From Phoronis australis (lineage: Eukaryota; Animalia; Phoronida): a DNA stretch of 64,000 nt. The translations under genes and the position numbers were made by a program. The DNA lies in contig NMRA01000157.1 of assembly GCA_002633005.1 (NCBI GenBank), forward strand, positions 282,785 through 346,784, read 5' to 3'. Positions 12,501-24,500 of the stretch are shown here, one piece after another (within the stretch, counting starts at the first letter, position 1; each line of letters opens with the position of its first letter). Below the pieces are notes generated by a model, which was not told where the DNA came from, made no database searches, and saw nothing but the letters and a program-made list of their open reading frames with translations.

Positions 12501-15500
12501 AAATAATGATCATCCCTTGTATCTGTGCTGTATGCTATGTGCACTGTGGGTGCATCTCACGGTTCCGTGTTGCTCTTGTTAGAATTGCTTTCAAATAGTT
12601 GATTGCTTTATTTTGCGTATGAGGAGGCAGTTTACTTTACAGTTAACTGTGATCGCTTAGCAAAGGCAACAACATGGCTTTGAGAAAGGCTCAATTATTT
12701 TGACAAAATGAGATTACCTCATATGCCCTTAGTTTTCAAATCAATTGGTGAAAATGAAGTTGAACATTTCAATTTCCCCGAAGAGACTTTTCTGCTTACA
12801 GTTTGCAGATGTTTAACTTGTAAAATTCTGATATAATGAACGCTATTCACCTGTTGTGGAGATTGCCTCTTGGCTGCGAAAATCATATTGCCATAATGCC
12901 TAGCTTAAAATAGCGAATGTCCACATAGAACCCTACACCTGTGATCCCCTTATGAGACGCAGACTCTATAGCCCATGTGTTTTCTGATGTGATTATTTTG
13001 GCTCTAACGCAGATAAAACAGCCATTTAGGTGTGTTAGGAACAACATTGTAACAGGAGATGGAAGCAACGAGCAGTTTTGCTCATGACAGAATGAAGAAC
13101 ATTTCCATGAGAAATGATACCATTTTGCAACTTTAGAGTGCTTGATGTGTTTGGTAATACAACAAAAAATGATGTTTTTCGACCGGTTTCTGCTAATGCT
13201 TCCACCTTTCTCGAGCTTTATTGTGAATCGACTATTTCTGTGGCTGTATGGTATGTCTTGGCAATTGTGGGCAAAAATAATTACCAGGATTAACCCTTTT
13301 TTCATTTTTCAAAGTCTTCTAACAGTTGTTTATTATTTTAAAATGAGTGTAGGCAAACCCACTGTTTCTCTCATTCGACGTATCCTTTTTATTTTTAATG
13401 CTTATTCAATTCAAATGGTGCATTGGGGTCACATTAGTATGAAGAACTCAATGGAGACTGCAATTGTTGTAAACACCTTTCCCCACCTTGGAATAATGCC
13501 TCCATTCTTGTTAGCACTAGGTCTTGTCTTGATGCGCTAATTAACTTCTCGGGGTCAGAAGCGTTCTTTGAAATGTTAAGAATGATAATTTCAGGGTTGA
13601 TTGAGCACGACTTGTTACTGCAGTTCAGCCTAAACTCAGTCAGTCTCATCAACCAACGGCTTGTCAGTTTATGTTCCGTCTGTTGTTGAGCTGGGTTAAA
13701 GATATGTAGCAAGGCTTATTCAATTTAGAACGTGGAAAAACGGGAGAGCTTATTTTGTCTAAACTACATTGTTTTACTTCATTTTAGTTCATCACTTTGT
13801 GTGCCATAAAGCTTCCTTTAAATCAGTGACAGTTTCTATAGTTCAGTGTATTTCCAATTGATCGTGAAATAAGTACGCGATTTGAAACATTTTGTTGTCA
13901 TTACCGTAAAAGAATTTTCTTCACTTATAAAAACAAAATATTTTTCTGAAAATTTCTTGATGCTCCTACAATAAGAAGTGGAAAAAATGAGATGTGTTAC
14001 TGACCTATTTGGAGAAAGGGTAGAATGAGGGAAACAAAACAAAGTACATTTTGTGGATGCCTTATGAGTAATGGGGCATTTTGAGAAATTGAAAAAACGG
14101 TTTTGGTAGTTATACTTTTGTTTGATTATAAAAAACGTTACTGCAGTTCAATATGGCAAAAAGTGGGATTGAAAATCAATACAAATATAAAAACTGGAAA
14201 GTTTTGATTTACTTATTATTATTTATTGTGCATTTGTCACCAAAAACAATTAGCAAAGGTTTGATTATTGAACCAGTTCTGTTTCAGTTCGTCTTTAATT
14301 TCTGAAAATATTTTACTTAAAAGTGAAGAATGTTTGTTGTAAATATAAATGTGCGCATAGACTGTTTGTACCTTTAGTGAGCGATGTGTGGAATTACAAA
14401 AAATATGGGAAGTGGTTTAATTTTTTTTCTACGTTTTGAAATGGGAACAACAGGGCTCAATGTTAAAATATGCAACATTCTTGTAGGAGTCATCGTGTAC
14501 TGGTAAATGTCTTGCAAGTAACTGAATGAAAGAGGAAAAGTTAATGAAAGAAATAAGTTTTGAAACTGAAGTAGATTTCAAGCAATACGCTACTAACCAA
14601 AACACTTTGAGTGTTCTCCTTAAATTCAAAAGTGGTGCTACGCCGTGTTTGAAATGTTATGCACCATGTTCGGAAGTCTAGAGCCATGTTTGAAAAGCCA
14701 GAGTTACAAGACAAATGATTGATAATAATGGTGTTTCATAGTGGTACTTATTTTTACTATTTTACGGTGAACGTTGTAGTGACTCGCGCAACAAGTGAAA
14801 ATAGTGTGTAACTAATTTTTGTTTTTCTGAATGAACAGAAAGGAAATTAGTGTTTAACAACGTGATGCAGAATTTGGACCATGTTTGAACTTTTGCTCTG
14901 GAAGAACCCTGGTGGTGCCATCTTGCGGTATAAAGACTGACTGTTCAATTTTCAACGATTTCAATATTACCTAAACTTAGTAACGTTACACTGAATGCTA
15001 CGTCACTGGCTCAGACATGTCCAATTTCAAAGTAAGATAGAATGAGTATGTCGCGGTTTATTTAACCGAAAATAACACCTGCGAGCTCCATTGCTACCAC
15101 CTTCTAGCTATGGACAACAAGAAGCATAAAGTTGCCTGTTTTCACGACTCATTTTTTGTGACCGTCATGGAATTGCGTCAAAGCATTTGACACTTGTTGT
15201 CGTGTGAAATGGGATGTGCCAAGGTAATGGTCATATTATTGAAACAGTGCACGAAACTTTTTGTTTTGCATTTGATTAAAATGATGATTGCATACTATAC
15301 AAACCCCTTATCTGTTGATTTAATTTTTATTTTCAGCATGAACCAACTCTAATCAACGAAATCCGTGCCGACATGAGGTCAGAATGTATCAAGTTTGGAG
15401 AAGTCCGCAAAGTGACTGTACACGATGTAAGTTTTTGTATGTTGAGGAAAATTGCTACGTGTAACACAGTTGCAATAAGTAAAAGGAGTTTTCATTGTAC

Positions 15501-18500
15501 TACAATCCTTGCTACGGCATACTGGCCGGAGATCTAGCTCAACTAGAAGCAACTCCTGACGAATTTCAGGTCTGTGTCTTCTTTTGAAGAGGCCAAGTTG
15601 TCTTAAACTATTTCATGCAGAATTTTTCCTATCCATCACTTCTGCAGAATTTTGTGTTTGGCAATTGAACCAGGTGCCATTTACTGTATGAATAGATGAT
15701 GTAAATCATAATGCACGCCACCTGGTGGCCACTCTCTAAATCATCAATCACAAAATGATATGAAGACGAGATGAGATGAATATGTTAACCTGCTCTTCAT
15801 ATTACTATGCAATACTAATGTTACAAATTGCAGAAAGTGGATTAAATGAAAAAACAGAATTAAATTTCTTTGCAAAACTAAAAATGCCGTTGGTGAACAG
15901 TTTGTTTGAGCTGGAATCATTTTTATGCAATTTAGTGATAACACTGTGCTTGAAAAGTTGTGAGTCATGTTTGGAAAGCTGAACCGTGTTCAAAATTTTG
16001 GGTCTTTTCTGAAAAGCCTGGGTCTTATTTCCTAAAATGTCTTAACTATACAACATTTTTTCACAGTCTTCACAGAGATTTACAACCTGTTGTATATTTT
16101 GGTGTAACAGTAAGTCTCTCTAGACTCTGTGTTAAAAACATCATCAAGTTATGACATTGCCCTAATGAGTTTTTATCTGCTTTACAAAACAACTGCAACA
16201 AAAAGGCAAATGGATGCTTTACTTTGCATTTTATGCTGTAAAATTGATGATAATACGCTGAGCAAGTGAAAAGAAAGACTTGGTGTAAAAATCTGTTTCT
16301 ATTAATTGGCGGAAAGGGAGATGAAAATGCAAAACAACGGAATGGAATTTGGGCCACTTTTAGATCTTTGCACAGATAGATTGAATGAGCTATCGCCGTC
16401 TTTCTATAAAAATGAAAAAAATTGTTAAGTATTATTTAACACTCAGTCAACATCCTTACGAACTACATTTTTGCCCAGGACATTGTCTCAGTTTAAATGC
16501 TGATTCATGCTTTTTTGCCGTATAATTTTTTTTCATTGTACTCTGAGTTCATTTGGTTCTCTGCTACCAAGCACGTTTACCTGACTTGGGGCTGAATACC
16601 TTTGACATTATCGAATATCTCCCATCCCAGTCCTGGTAATTAACAGCTCTTTAGACTGCTGAACCCAACACTGTGTATGACAAGTTCATTAATAATAGCC
16701 CTAGAGCAATCAACCATCCTCCATAAGTAAGGCTTTAAGTTGGGTATCTTGTGAATATTAGCTGTCTGCCACCGGCGTTTTTTAGTTCTAAACGTGAGTT
16801 AATTATTGTTTCACCGTGATTTCTGTAGACGACCGACTGTTTCATGGAGGTCACTTGAACTGTTGCTCAATAATCACTTGTGAGAAAATGACTGGTACTG
16901 GCCTTGCCATATGGTCTTACTTCTTTCATATGCTACATCCAGGTGTTTAGATATTTTTTTTCAAAAAAACTGGCAAAGCAGTGTCAAAGCTCTTAGTAAA
17001 TACTATAGTATTTATAGTTACACATGTTCATACATTTATAGCTATGATGAAATTTGAGAAGAAAAGCTGCAATGATTATTTAGTAAAGGTAGAGAATTTG
17101 AAGAAAATTTTGCTCCAAGGTTTTATTAGTTTTCGACAAAAGATGTTTTTTAAAAAATATGCTGTAACAGTTGTATTGTCCAGACGTGTCATACCAGTGG
17201 TTGTTTTAATTTTGCAGCGTAATCCCGACGGCACGGTCTCCATATTCTTCAAGAGTCCCGAGGAGGCAGACCAGTGCATCTCTGCTCTGAACGGGCGGTG
17301 GTTTGCTGGGCATCAACTCTCAGCCTTCACGTGGGACGGGAAGACCAAGTACGATCTCGAAGAAACTGAGGAGGAACGAGCGAAAAGGCTGAAGGAGTGG
17401 GAACAATATCTGGAGACCGGAGAGGAAGCGACAACTTCACAGGTGGGAACAGGGATGAGGTGTTATGTGCACACTCTTGTCCGAGCTCTGTAGATGTAGC
17501 ATTGGACTTTGTGACCCACAGTGTCTGATATTTTGCACGTGCAGTTGCGCAGCTTCTTCTTTGACCATAACTGGTGTATCATTTAGTGTTTGGACCGCAT
17601 CCTTATTCAGTAATTTCAACAGTTGCTAGAAGGACTTTGGCAACGTTGAACACATCCATTAGGACCTCCTTGCTGGTAACCTTGTTCAGGAAAGGCAGAA
17701 TGCCAAAGGAGGAAACCATCAAGTCTACTTAGTGAAATTTGTCCAAGCTTGATTTAGTTGGTACGTCACTTCCTTTGATATTGTTCTCCTAGCTTGAATT
17801 CTGTTGCTCCCTTCCTAACCATCTAGCCATGACTCGATTAGCTTGGAAAAGATTGCTGACCAGTAAGGTAAATCAGGCTTGTCAAGAATCTCGAATTAAC
17901 TTGTGCAAGCCATGTTTTTCAACATTGAAGTTCAGGCTTGGAGAACCTTGCCCTTTTGTAATCATTGCTATGTAAGCTTGAATAAGATTGCTGGTCAGTA
18001 ACATAATTCAAGCTGATTATTTTAGCAACTCCTTCACCAAGACACATCTTCTTATAGAGCGGTGGTCAGAATAAAATATTCAATGGGCTATCAGCAGGTT
18101 ACAATTTAGGTCATACGGTACGTTCAAGTGGGCTAAAATAAAGACATTTAGGTCATTGCTAGCAAGGTTATTCAAACTTAGTATGGAACCATGAATAAGG
18201 TAGGCCCAAAAACTTGATCAATACTATCTATCCATGCTTGATTGATATTGGCCATGCTTCATTAGTATTGGCCAAGCTTGATTAATATTGGCCAAGCATA
18301 ATTAATTATGGCCAAACTTGGTTATTATTGACCAAGCTTGATTAATATTGGCCAAGCATAATTAATACTGGCCAAACTTGGTTATTGTTGACCAAGCTTG
18401 ATTAATATTGGCCAAGCTTGATTAGTATTGGCCAAGCTTGGTTAATATTGGCCATACCTAATTAATGTTGGCCATACCTGATTAATATTGGCCATGCTTG

Positions 18501-21500
18501 AATAGTGATTTGTACTGTCTAATTTGAACCAAGAATGGTAATTCAAGCTTGGTGCCATGATCTGATCATCAGGGGTGCATTGTCTCTTCCACCCTTTTCC
18601 TGGTCATCAGTGACTGGATTATTTGGAAAACAACAACTGACAGGCCCAGGGACATTTTGTAAATATTCTTCTCTACCTTGCTGGATCTGGACATCGCTGT
18701 TGACCCGGTACTGGTGTAACCTTTTCCACAACACAGAGACACACGCAAGATTAAGTGACAGACTGGTTGGCTCCGAGGAAAATGTAAATACTACGAACAG
18801 ACTTCAGTTTAGGCCCGTCAGCATTCGTTAACAATGAAAGAAGTAATGAACTTAGGACACTTAATTTGCTAACCAACGATTTGCAGAAAATAAACAAGGA
18901 AAGTTGCTTGTGGAATATGAGACTTCATGACAAGTTTGACTGGGCAACAAAAAGGTCAATTGAGTTTCACTTCACGGTCTGCATATATGCTTTATGCAAT
19001 TATAAGTGCTGTTCCCATGTAAAAATTGGTAGAAATAATCTCGTGTATTTTTCAAGCAAATGTTTACTTGAAAAAAAATTTGGCATCGGGACACAAATTT
19101 TGCTTGGTTGATACTGGGTGGGAGGGAGGAGTTGTTCTCGACCCTCATGGTTTAATGATTCAATAAAAATTTTGATCATTATCTGTGTGATAAAACCACT
19201 GGTCTTTCACGAAAGTGTAGTGTTAGTATCTGCCAACAAGGGTGACATAATTTTCCAGTATTCGTGAATCCTTTGGGGACACGACCGTTAGTGGAATTTA
19301 TCCCTTGTTTTTTGTTTCCTGAAACATTTTTGGGATTTCAGAATATATGAAGCAGTCATTTGCCATTCTTTACCTGTTCTTCTGGTTCCTGATATCCAGA
19401 ATATTGAGTACTCAGTCAAAACAAAAAAGACCCACAACTTTGCGATTGGTAACATGCTGGATGACGCACAATACAAACTCACCCATGTGATATTGTAGTC
19501 TTTATGAGCAAGGTGACCCGCACTAACAGTACTTTTCTAAAATGTACTCCATTGCACACATGGCCTTCATCTAGGAGGCATCCACATGGATTGGACACCT
19601 CTACTCAAATTTAGACATCCCACCTAGAATCCCCTGATCAGCATTTGGTCGCCTAAGCGAAGTAAGCAAGTAAGCATCGATGTTGCTTTTAACTTGGTAA
19701 TAAGTCGTATGGGAGCTCATTGGGCTCTCATAAAAAAGTGAGTTATGATGTGACATGAAATAGGATAACCATAATTGCATAATCATGTCTCCACGGTAAC
19801 ACACTATAACAATAATTTGACGTGGGGTTATAAAAATGCAGTCATACGTCATTGGTCATGGTCGCCCTGAGGAATTGAGAAAACCCATTTTGGACACCCT
19901 GTTTTTCAAAACTCCCGTAAAGCACCATGATAAAATTCTGAGAACGCTTACGGAATGGAAAAAACACTTTCCTACCTCACTGACCAATCACTGCAGTGGC
20001 CACCATTTTGATAGAGTACTCTAGTAAGATCCCCAACGTACTCACGTTGGCCTTTCTCTTGCCTGATCTTGCTGTGACAATGAATGCACTACATGAGATC
20101 ACAAGTTTTGTAACACCCTGTATCTCATGCTGGAGCCCTCCACATGACAACAGTAGAAGCACAGCAGGTGCTCAGTTAGATGACTCATGCTTCTCCTGCT
20201 ACTGCCACTGTTGTCTATGTGGACTGAACAGGAATAAAATAGTTCAAGAATTTCTGCAGGCACGCGCCTCTGCAATTTTTATATTGCATGTCTCAAATTT
20301 GCTTGTAATAGCCATACATGTTTGTTTGTGGAGAATTGTGTTATACAAAGTATTTCTAATTCTGGGTTATTAAAGCAGCCATAATCAAACATTCGGTTGA
20401 AGAAACTGAATTTTAATTTAGACTAATTACGGCTATAAAATTGGTGTCAGCTTGTTCCTTTGTCAGATAAGAAATGATTTTGGTCTTGCAAAGAAGGTTG
20501 GCGGTTTCTTATTCTTCAAGACCATGCTTAACGAATAAAATGACAGACCATGACGAGTCATCTCGTTGAGCCTGCTCTCAAACAATGATGACCTTTCAGT
20601 TATTTCCATGCCTAGAAATCCCACCTTCATTCCTTAAGGAACAAATTCAGACCAATTTTGTAACGGTAAGTGGTCTAAATCAAAAATATTTTTCTGACGA
20701 AAGGCAGTTTATTGCTACTAATGTGTTTGTGGGTTCTAAAACAGCCACAGATCCAAGTGTCACACTTAGGGGTTCTTGAGATTCCTCCTTAAAGCAATCT
20801 ATAAGTGAGCAGCGGGGTCTGGACATTTAGACCCCCCTTTGGATCCGCCCCTGAAAAACAATGTATTGACATGCGTGAGAGTCATCGTTTTTTTTTTTAA
20901 ATTGCACTCAAACACACATTCATGCTTCAAAATAATAGATAAACTCAATTTGATTTTTCACTATTGCTTCAAATGATTGTTTAGGAATCATCAGTTTGTG
21001 GTTATTACATCACCAAACGTTAGAGAGTAAAGGCACTGACATGTATAATTAGATTTTTTTTCAAGAATTTACCTGACCCACCTCTCAGCATTTTTTTAGT
21101 GTTCAAAATGATCAGTTTGTTCAAGTCAAAAATAGACAAATTGTTTCTAAACTCTACTGCTCTAAGCGCCCACAGTCCTCAATGATCCGTGCAGTAAACG
21201 CATTCCTTTGACCATGTGTCAGGACCAGCCACCTCCCTTACTGGTGCACGTGGCCCAAGTGAATGAAACGTATCCTCTCCAGTATAGTCCACATTTCTTG
21301 AATAGTCGCCTAATTGCTCCAGTAAAAAAACGCATTAAAATCCAATTCAATTTTGCACCCAATGTAGTGTGCAACAGTGACGAAGTGTTTTTGAAATTTT
21401 TCAAACATTTGTGCCCTGAATAGTTTTGTGTTTTTTGACAGAGACATCTTGAGTGCTTTTAAGTGATAATGTTGAATGACCTGGGCAAGCTGTAGTGTAC

Positions 21501-24500
21501 ATTAAAATTATACTGAACCATGATTTAGCCAATAAGCTGATATGAACTCTCACTAGGTCTTTTGAATCTTTGTAACGAAATAATGCGGGCTTACCCATGT
21601 CAAACCTTGAAGAAAAAGCTCCAAGACTCCCTCCAAAATCTACTCATCAGCAAACTTGACTATCACTGCAGGGGAGATAATGGACTGCTGTGTCCCTGGA
21701 AAATCTTCCCCAACATAGGATCCAGTTAGTGGCGGGATTAGGATCCAAAGCTGTTGCATGAAACAGTCGCAAATAGTAACTCAACTAAGTTCACTAAATC
21801 TACTTGGTATTTGTGGGCTTGTGAAAAACTGATTGTCCTTATTCTTATGCTGTTTCATTACTAAGTCAATTTTTTAATTTGATGCAAATCAGAGTGAAGC
21901 TATGTTGAATTCTAGTGAAAAGAAGTTGGGATTTTTTTATGTAATGCCCTTAATTTGAGAACTAAGTCACTGATTATTTTGACTGAATTAAGGGCTCAGT
22001 TTTTAGTTACATTTTTTTTAGAAAATGTCATTAGTCAAATAAGAGTACATAATGATGATTAAATGATGGATAAGTATTACATCTGTGAGTAAAGAGGAAA
22101 ACAAATTTGCTAAATATTTAGGGGGACTTAGTTGAGTCCCTATTTGGGACTGTTACTGGGCACTGAGCCCTGAGGCTGTTTTATCTCTCTGTGGAGGTAC
22201 TACATGACAAAACAGTTTTGGGTGAAATCTCCAAAACTGTAGTATTGTTTTAAGTTTACGGTCTGGGACGAGTCTGGGCAATAGTCTGATATAACGTGCC
22301 TGAATTTTGAGAACCAGTTTTCCCCACTAAATAACGGCCATCAAACTGGTTCTCAAAATGCGGTACTTATATCGGACTATTGCCCAGTCCGTGTGTTTAA
22401 CCAAATATGTACAAAATTATAGAGTGTGACTCAGTAAATGTATTACATGTTCCCCAAAGTGAAAAGCATGCAGAATTTAATTTTTGTCTTTTTACCAAAA
22501 CGAACAGGGAATTGGTTGTTTTGTCTTACAAATTCAGGACGTTTTCGGAGGCAAGTTGAGGAAATTTGCCAACATCAATGTGTCTTTCACCTTAGTGCAT
22601 AATTTGTTTGAGATTCCTTTAATATTTAGCCTCGTTTCAAATTTGTTCTCTCAGCTTATGACAGTCTTTGATTCCAGTATTCCAAACAATGCTTTATTGC
22701 ATGAAATTCAACAAATTGGTAATAATTTTATTTTGATAACCAGCTAATTTACAACCAGTTTTTTCACATAATAGGGAAGTGTGAATGCTATGCACGTGGA
22801 GGCCCGGGGTCTATTTCTTGAAAGGTGACTGAGTCTGAAGTCAGAAATTTGACCTTTTTCTCCGCAAAAATCTTTTTGAATAATAATTAAATCTCTCATG
22901 AGCAATAATGTAAAGTCTTTAAGAATACACTAGTACACGTGACTACTAGTTACTGAGATAATTTCTTGTATATATTATTTCTAGTCTGTCATGTGCGCAT
23001 TATTACTTGGGTAATCCTTTAGTACGCAAATGTGAAGTGAGAGTGTAAGACAAAATTTGAGTCTCAAGTCTTGCGTTGCTTTTCAGGAGGAAAAATCAGA
23101 TTTTCAAAAAAATGAATAAGTGATTTATTCTGTTAGTTTGGAAATACGGACTCGCGTTTTCAACAATTGAAGTTAAGTTCTCACTTTCATTTTCATTGTC
23201 GTCTTGAAAATCAGTTCAGTTGAAAGTCCTGAATACGTTTATAGCAAAGACTTGGGAGAAATTCCCTATGAGCGCCCAACGCCCAGGCTCGCGACTTTCG
23301 AAAATTCTGAACCAACAAAATTATTTTACTGGAAATTCCATTCTTCGTTGCCGAAGTATCACGTTTCTTCAAATAGCTTATTTAATGCTAATTGTTTTGT
23401 CCCATGAAAATTTATGTTTCGTTTCAAATCCTTGATGGTTACTGGCACGAATTATGTTGGCGAAGATGATCAGGCGATTATTGTTTTGTAGCCTTTGTTC
23501 TGAAAAAATAGTTATTTTTTCGGAGATTGACGTAACTTTCTCAAATTCGAAAAATTATTTAAGAGACTACAAATTCAATTTCTGTATTCCATTAGCTTCA
23601 AAAACGTATCTGGGATTTTCTGTCTCGATTGTCAAATTGAAAACTTAGGAAGTTTTCAGGGAATGTTTTCTATTGGCGATTGTAAAGGTGGGTGTCTGGA
23701 GAAATATTAATTTTGTTGATTATCATAAGAACCCTCAGATTTATTACAACAGCTGTGTGCCCTGAGGTCGACAGTCTTTCCAAAAGTGCAAAGCACCATT
23801 TTTAACGTAGGGTAGTCTTTTGGGGGAGATCCAATTAAATCGTTTAATATCTCTGCCCTTTAACTGCACAATACTGTAAAATATGTGATTTTAATTTGTT
23901 TTTCAATAGCGTTATGGTAGTAACACAGAGGCTACTCGGTTGTTGCCGGAATATTTAAATACCTTTTTGCATTCAGTTTATTTTGAAACCTCTGTTGGCG
24001 CTTCGTCAGGCTCTTCTGCATCTTGCGTGCGCGGGCGAGGGCGCGCGTGCCCACAAGAGTATCAGTTACCCCCCGTTGACTTGGTTATCACTGGTGCGTG
24101 ACTCGGGTAGACAGCCGGCTATCCGCGGCAGCATCATCCATCATTAACCGAGTCATTACATTACAGGTATATGTAACACACCTTGCCGGGCATTACTCAC
24201 GGCACTGTCTGTTGTTCAACGTTTCGAATCTGTTATCTGTGTACACATTGTAGTTGCTCCTGTACGTTCGGAAATTAAGCAGGTTTACCCTAGGTTTTAC
24301 CACCATCGATTATAATATTTTGCCCCAAAAATAAATATTTTAAATAAAATAACGACTGATTCTTTGCACAGTTAAGCAAAAGCCAATAGTCTAATCAGAA
24401 ATATGTAGGTGATCCTTTCTTTAATATGAAATTCACAGCGTACAAATTCAGGGTCATATGCACGTATTAGCATTCGGGCACCGTCTTGTCTTCTTCGGAT

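Larger units (their letters stand above)
8640..12520. repeat. Interspersed repeat with diverged internal tandem units (possibly Helentron/HINE-like), host of the TA transposon
   Basis: Recurrent CCTTGATGGATTTTCATGAAATTTGG, GTGCCCCT and CCTAGTGG motifs near 8715, 9155, 10910 and 11790; related piece at 44560-44820. Confidence 0.6.

Noticed and set aside
18231-18500. CRISPR-like array
   Set aside because: Units are contiguous with no unique spacers, there are no cas genes, and the context is a eukaryotic intron.
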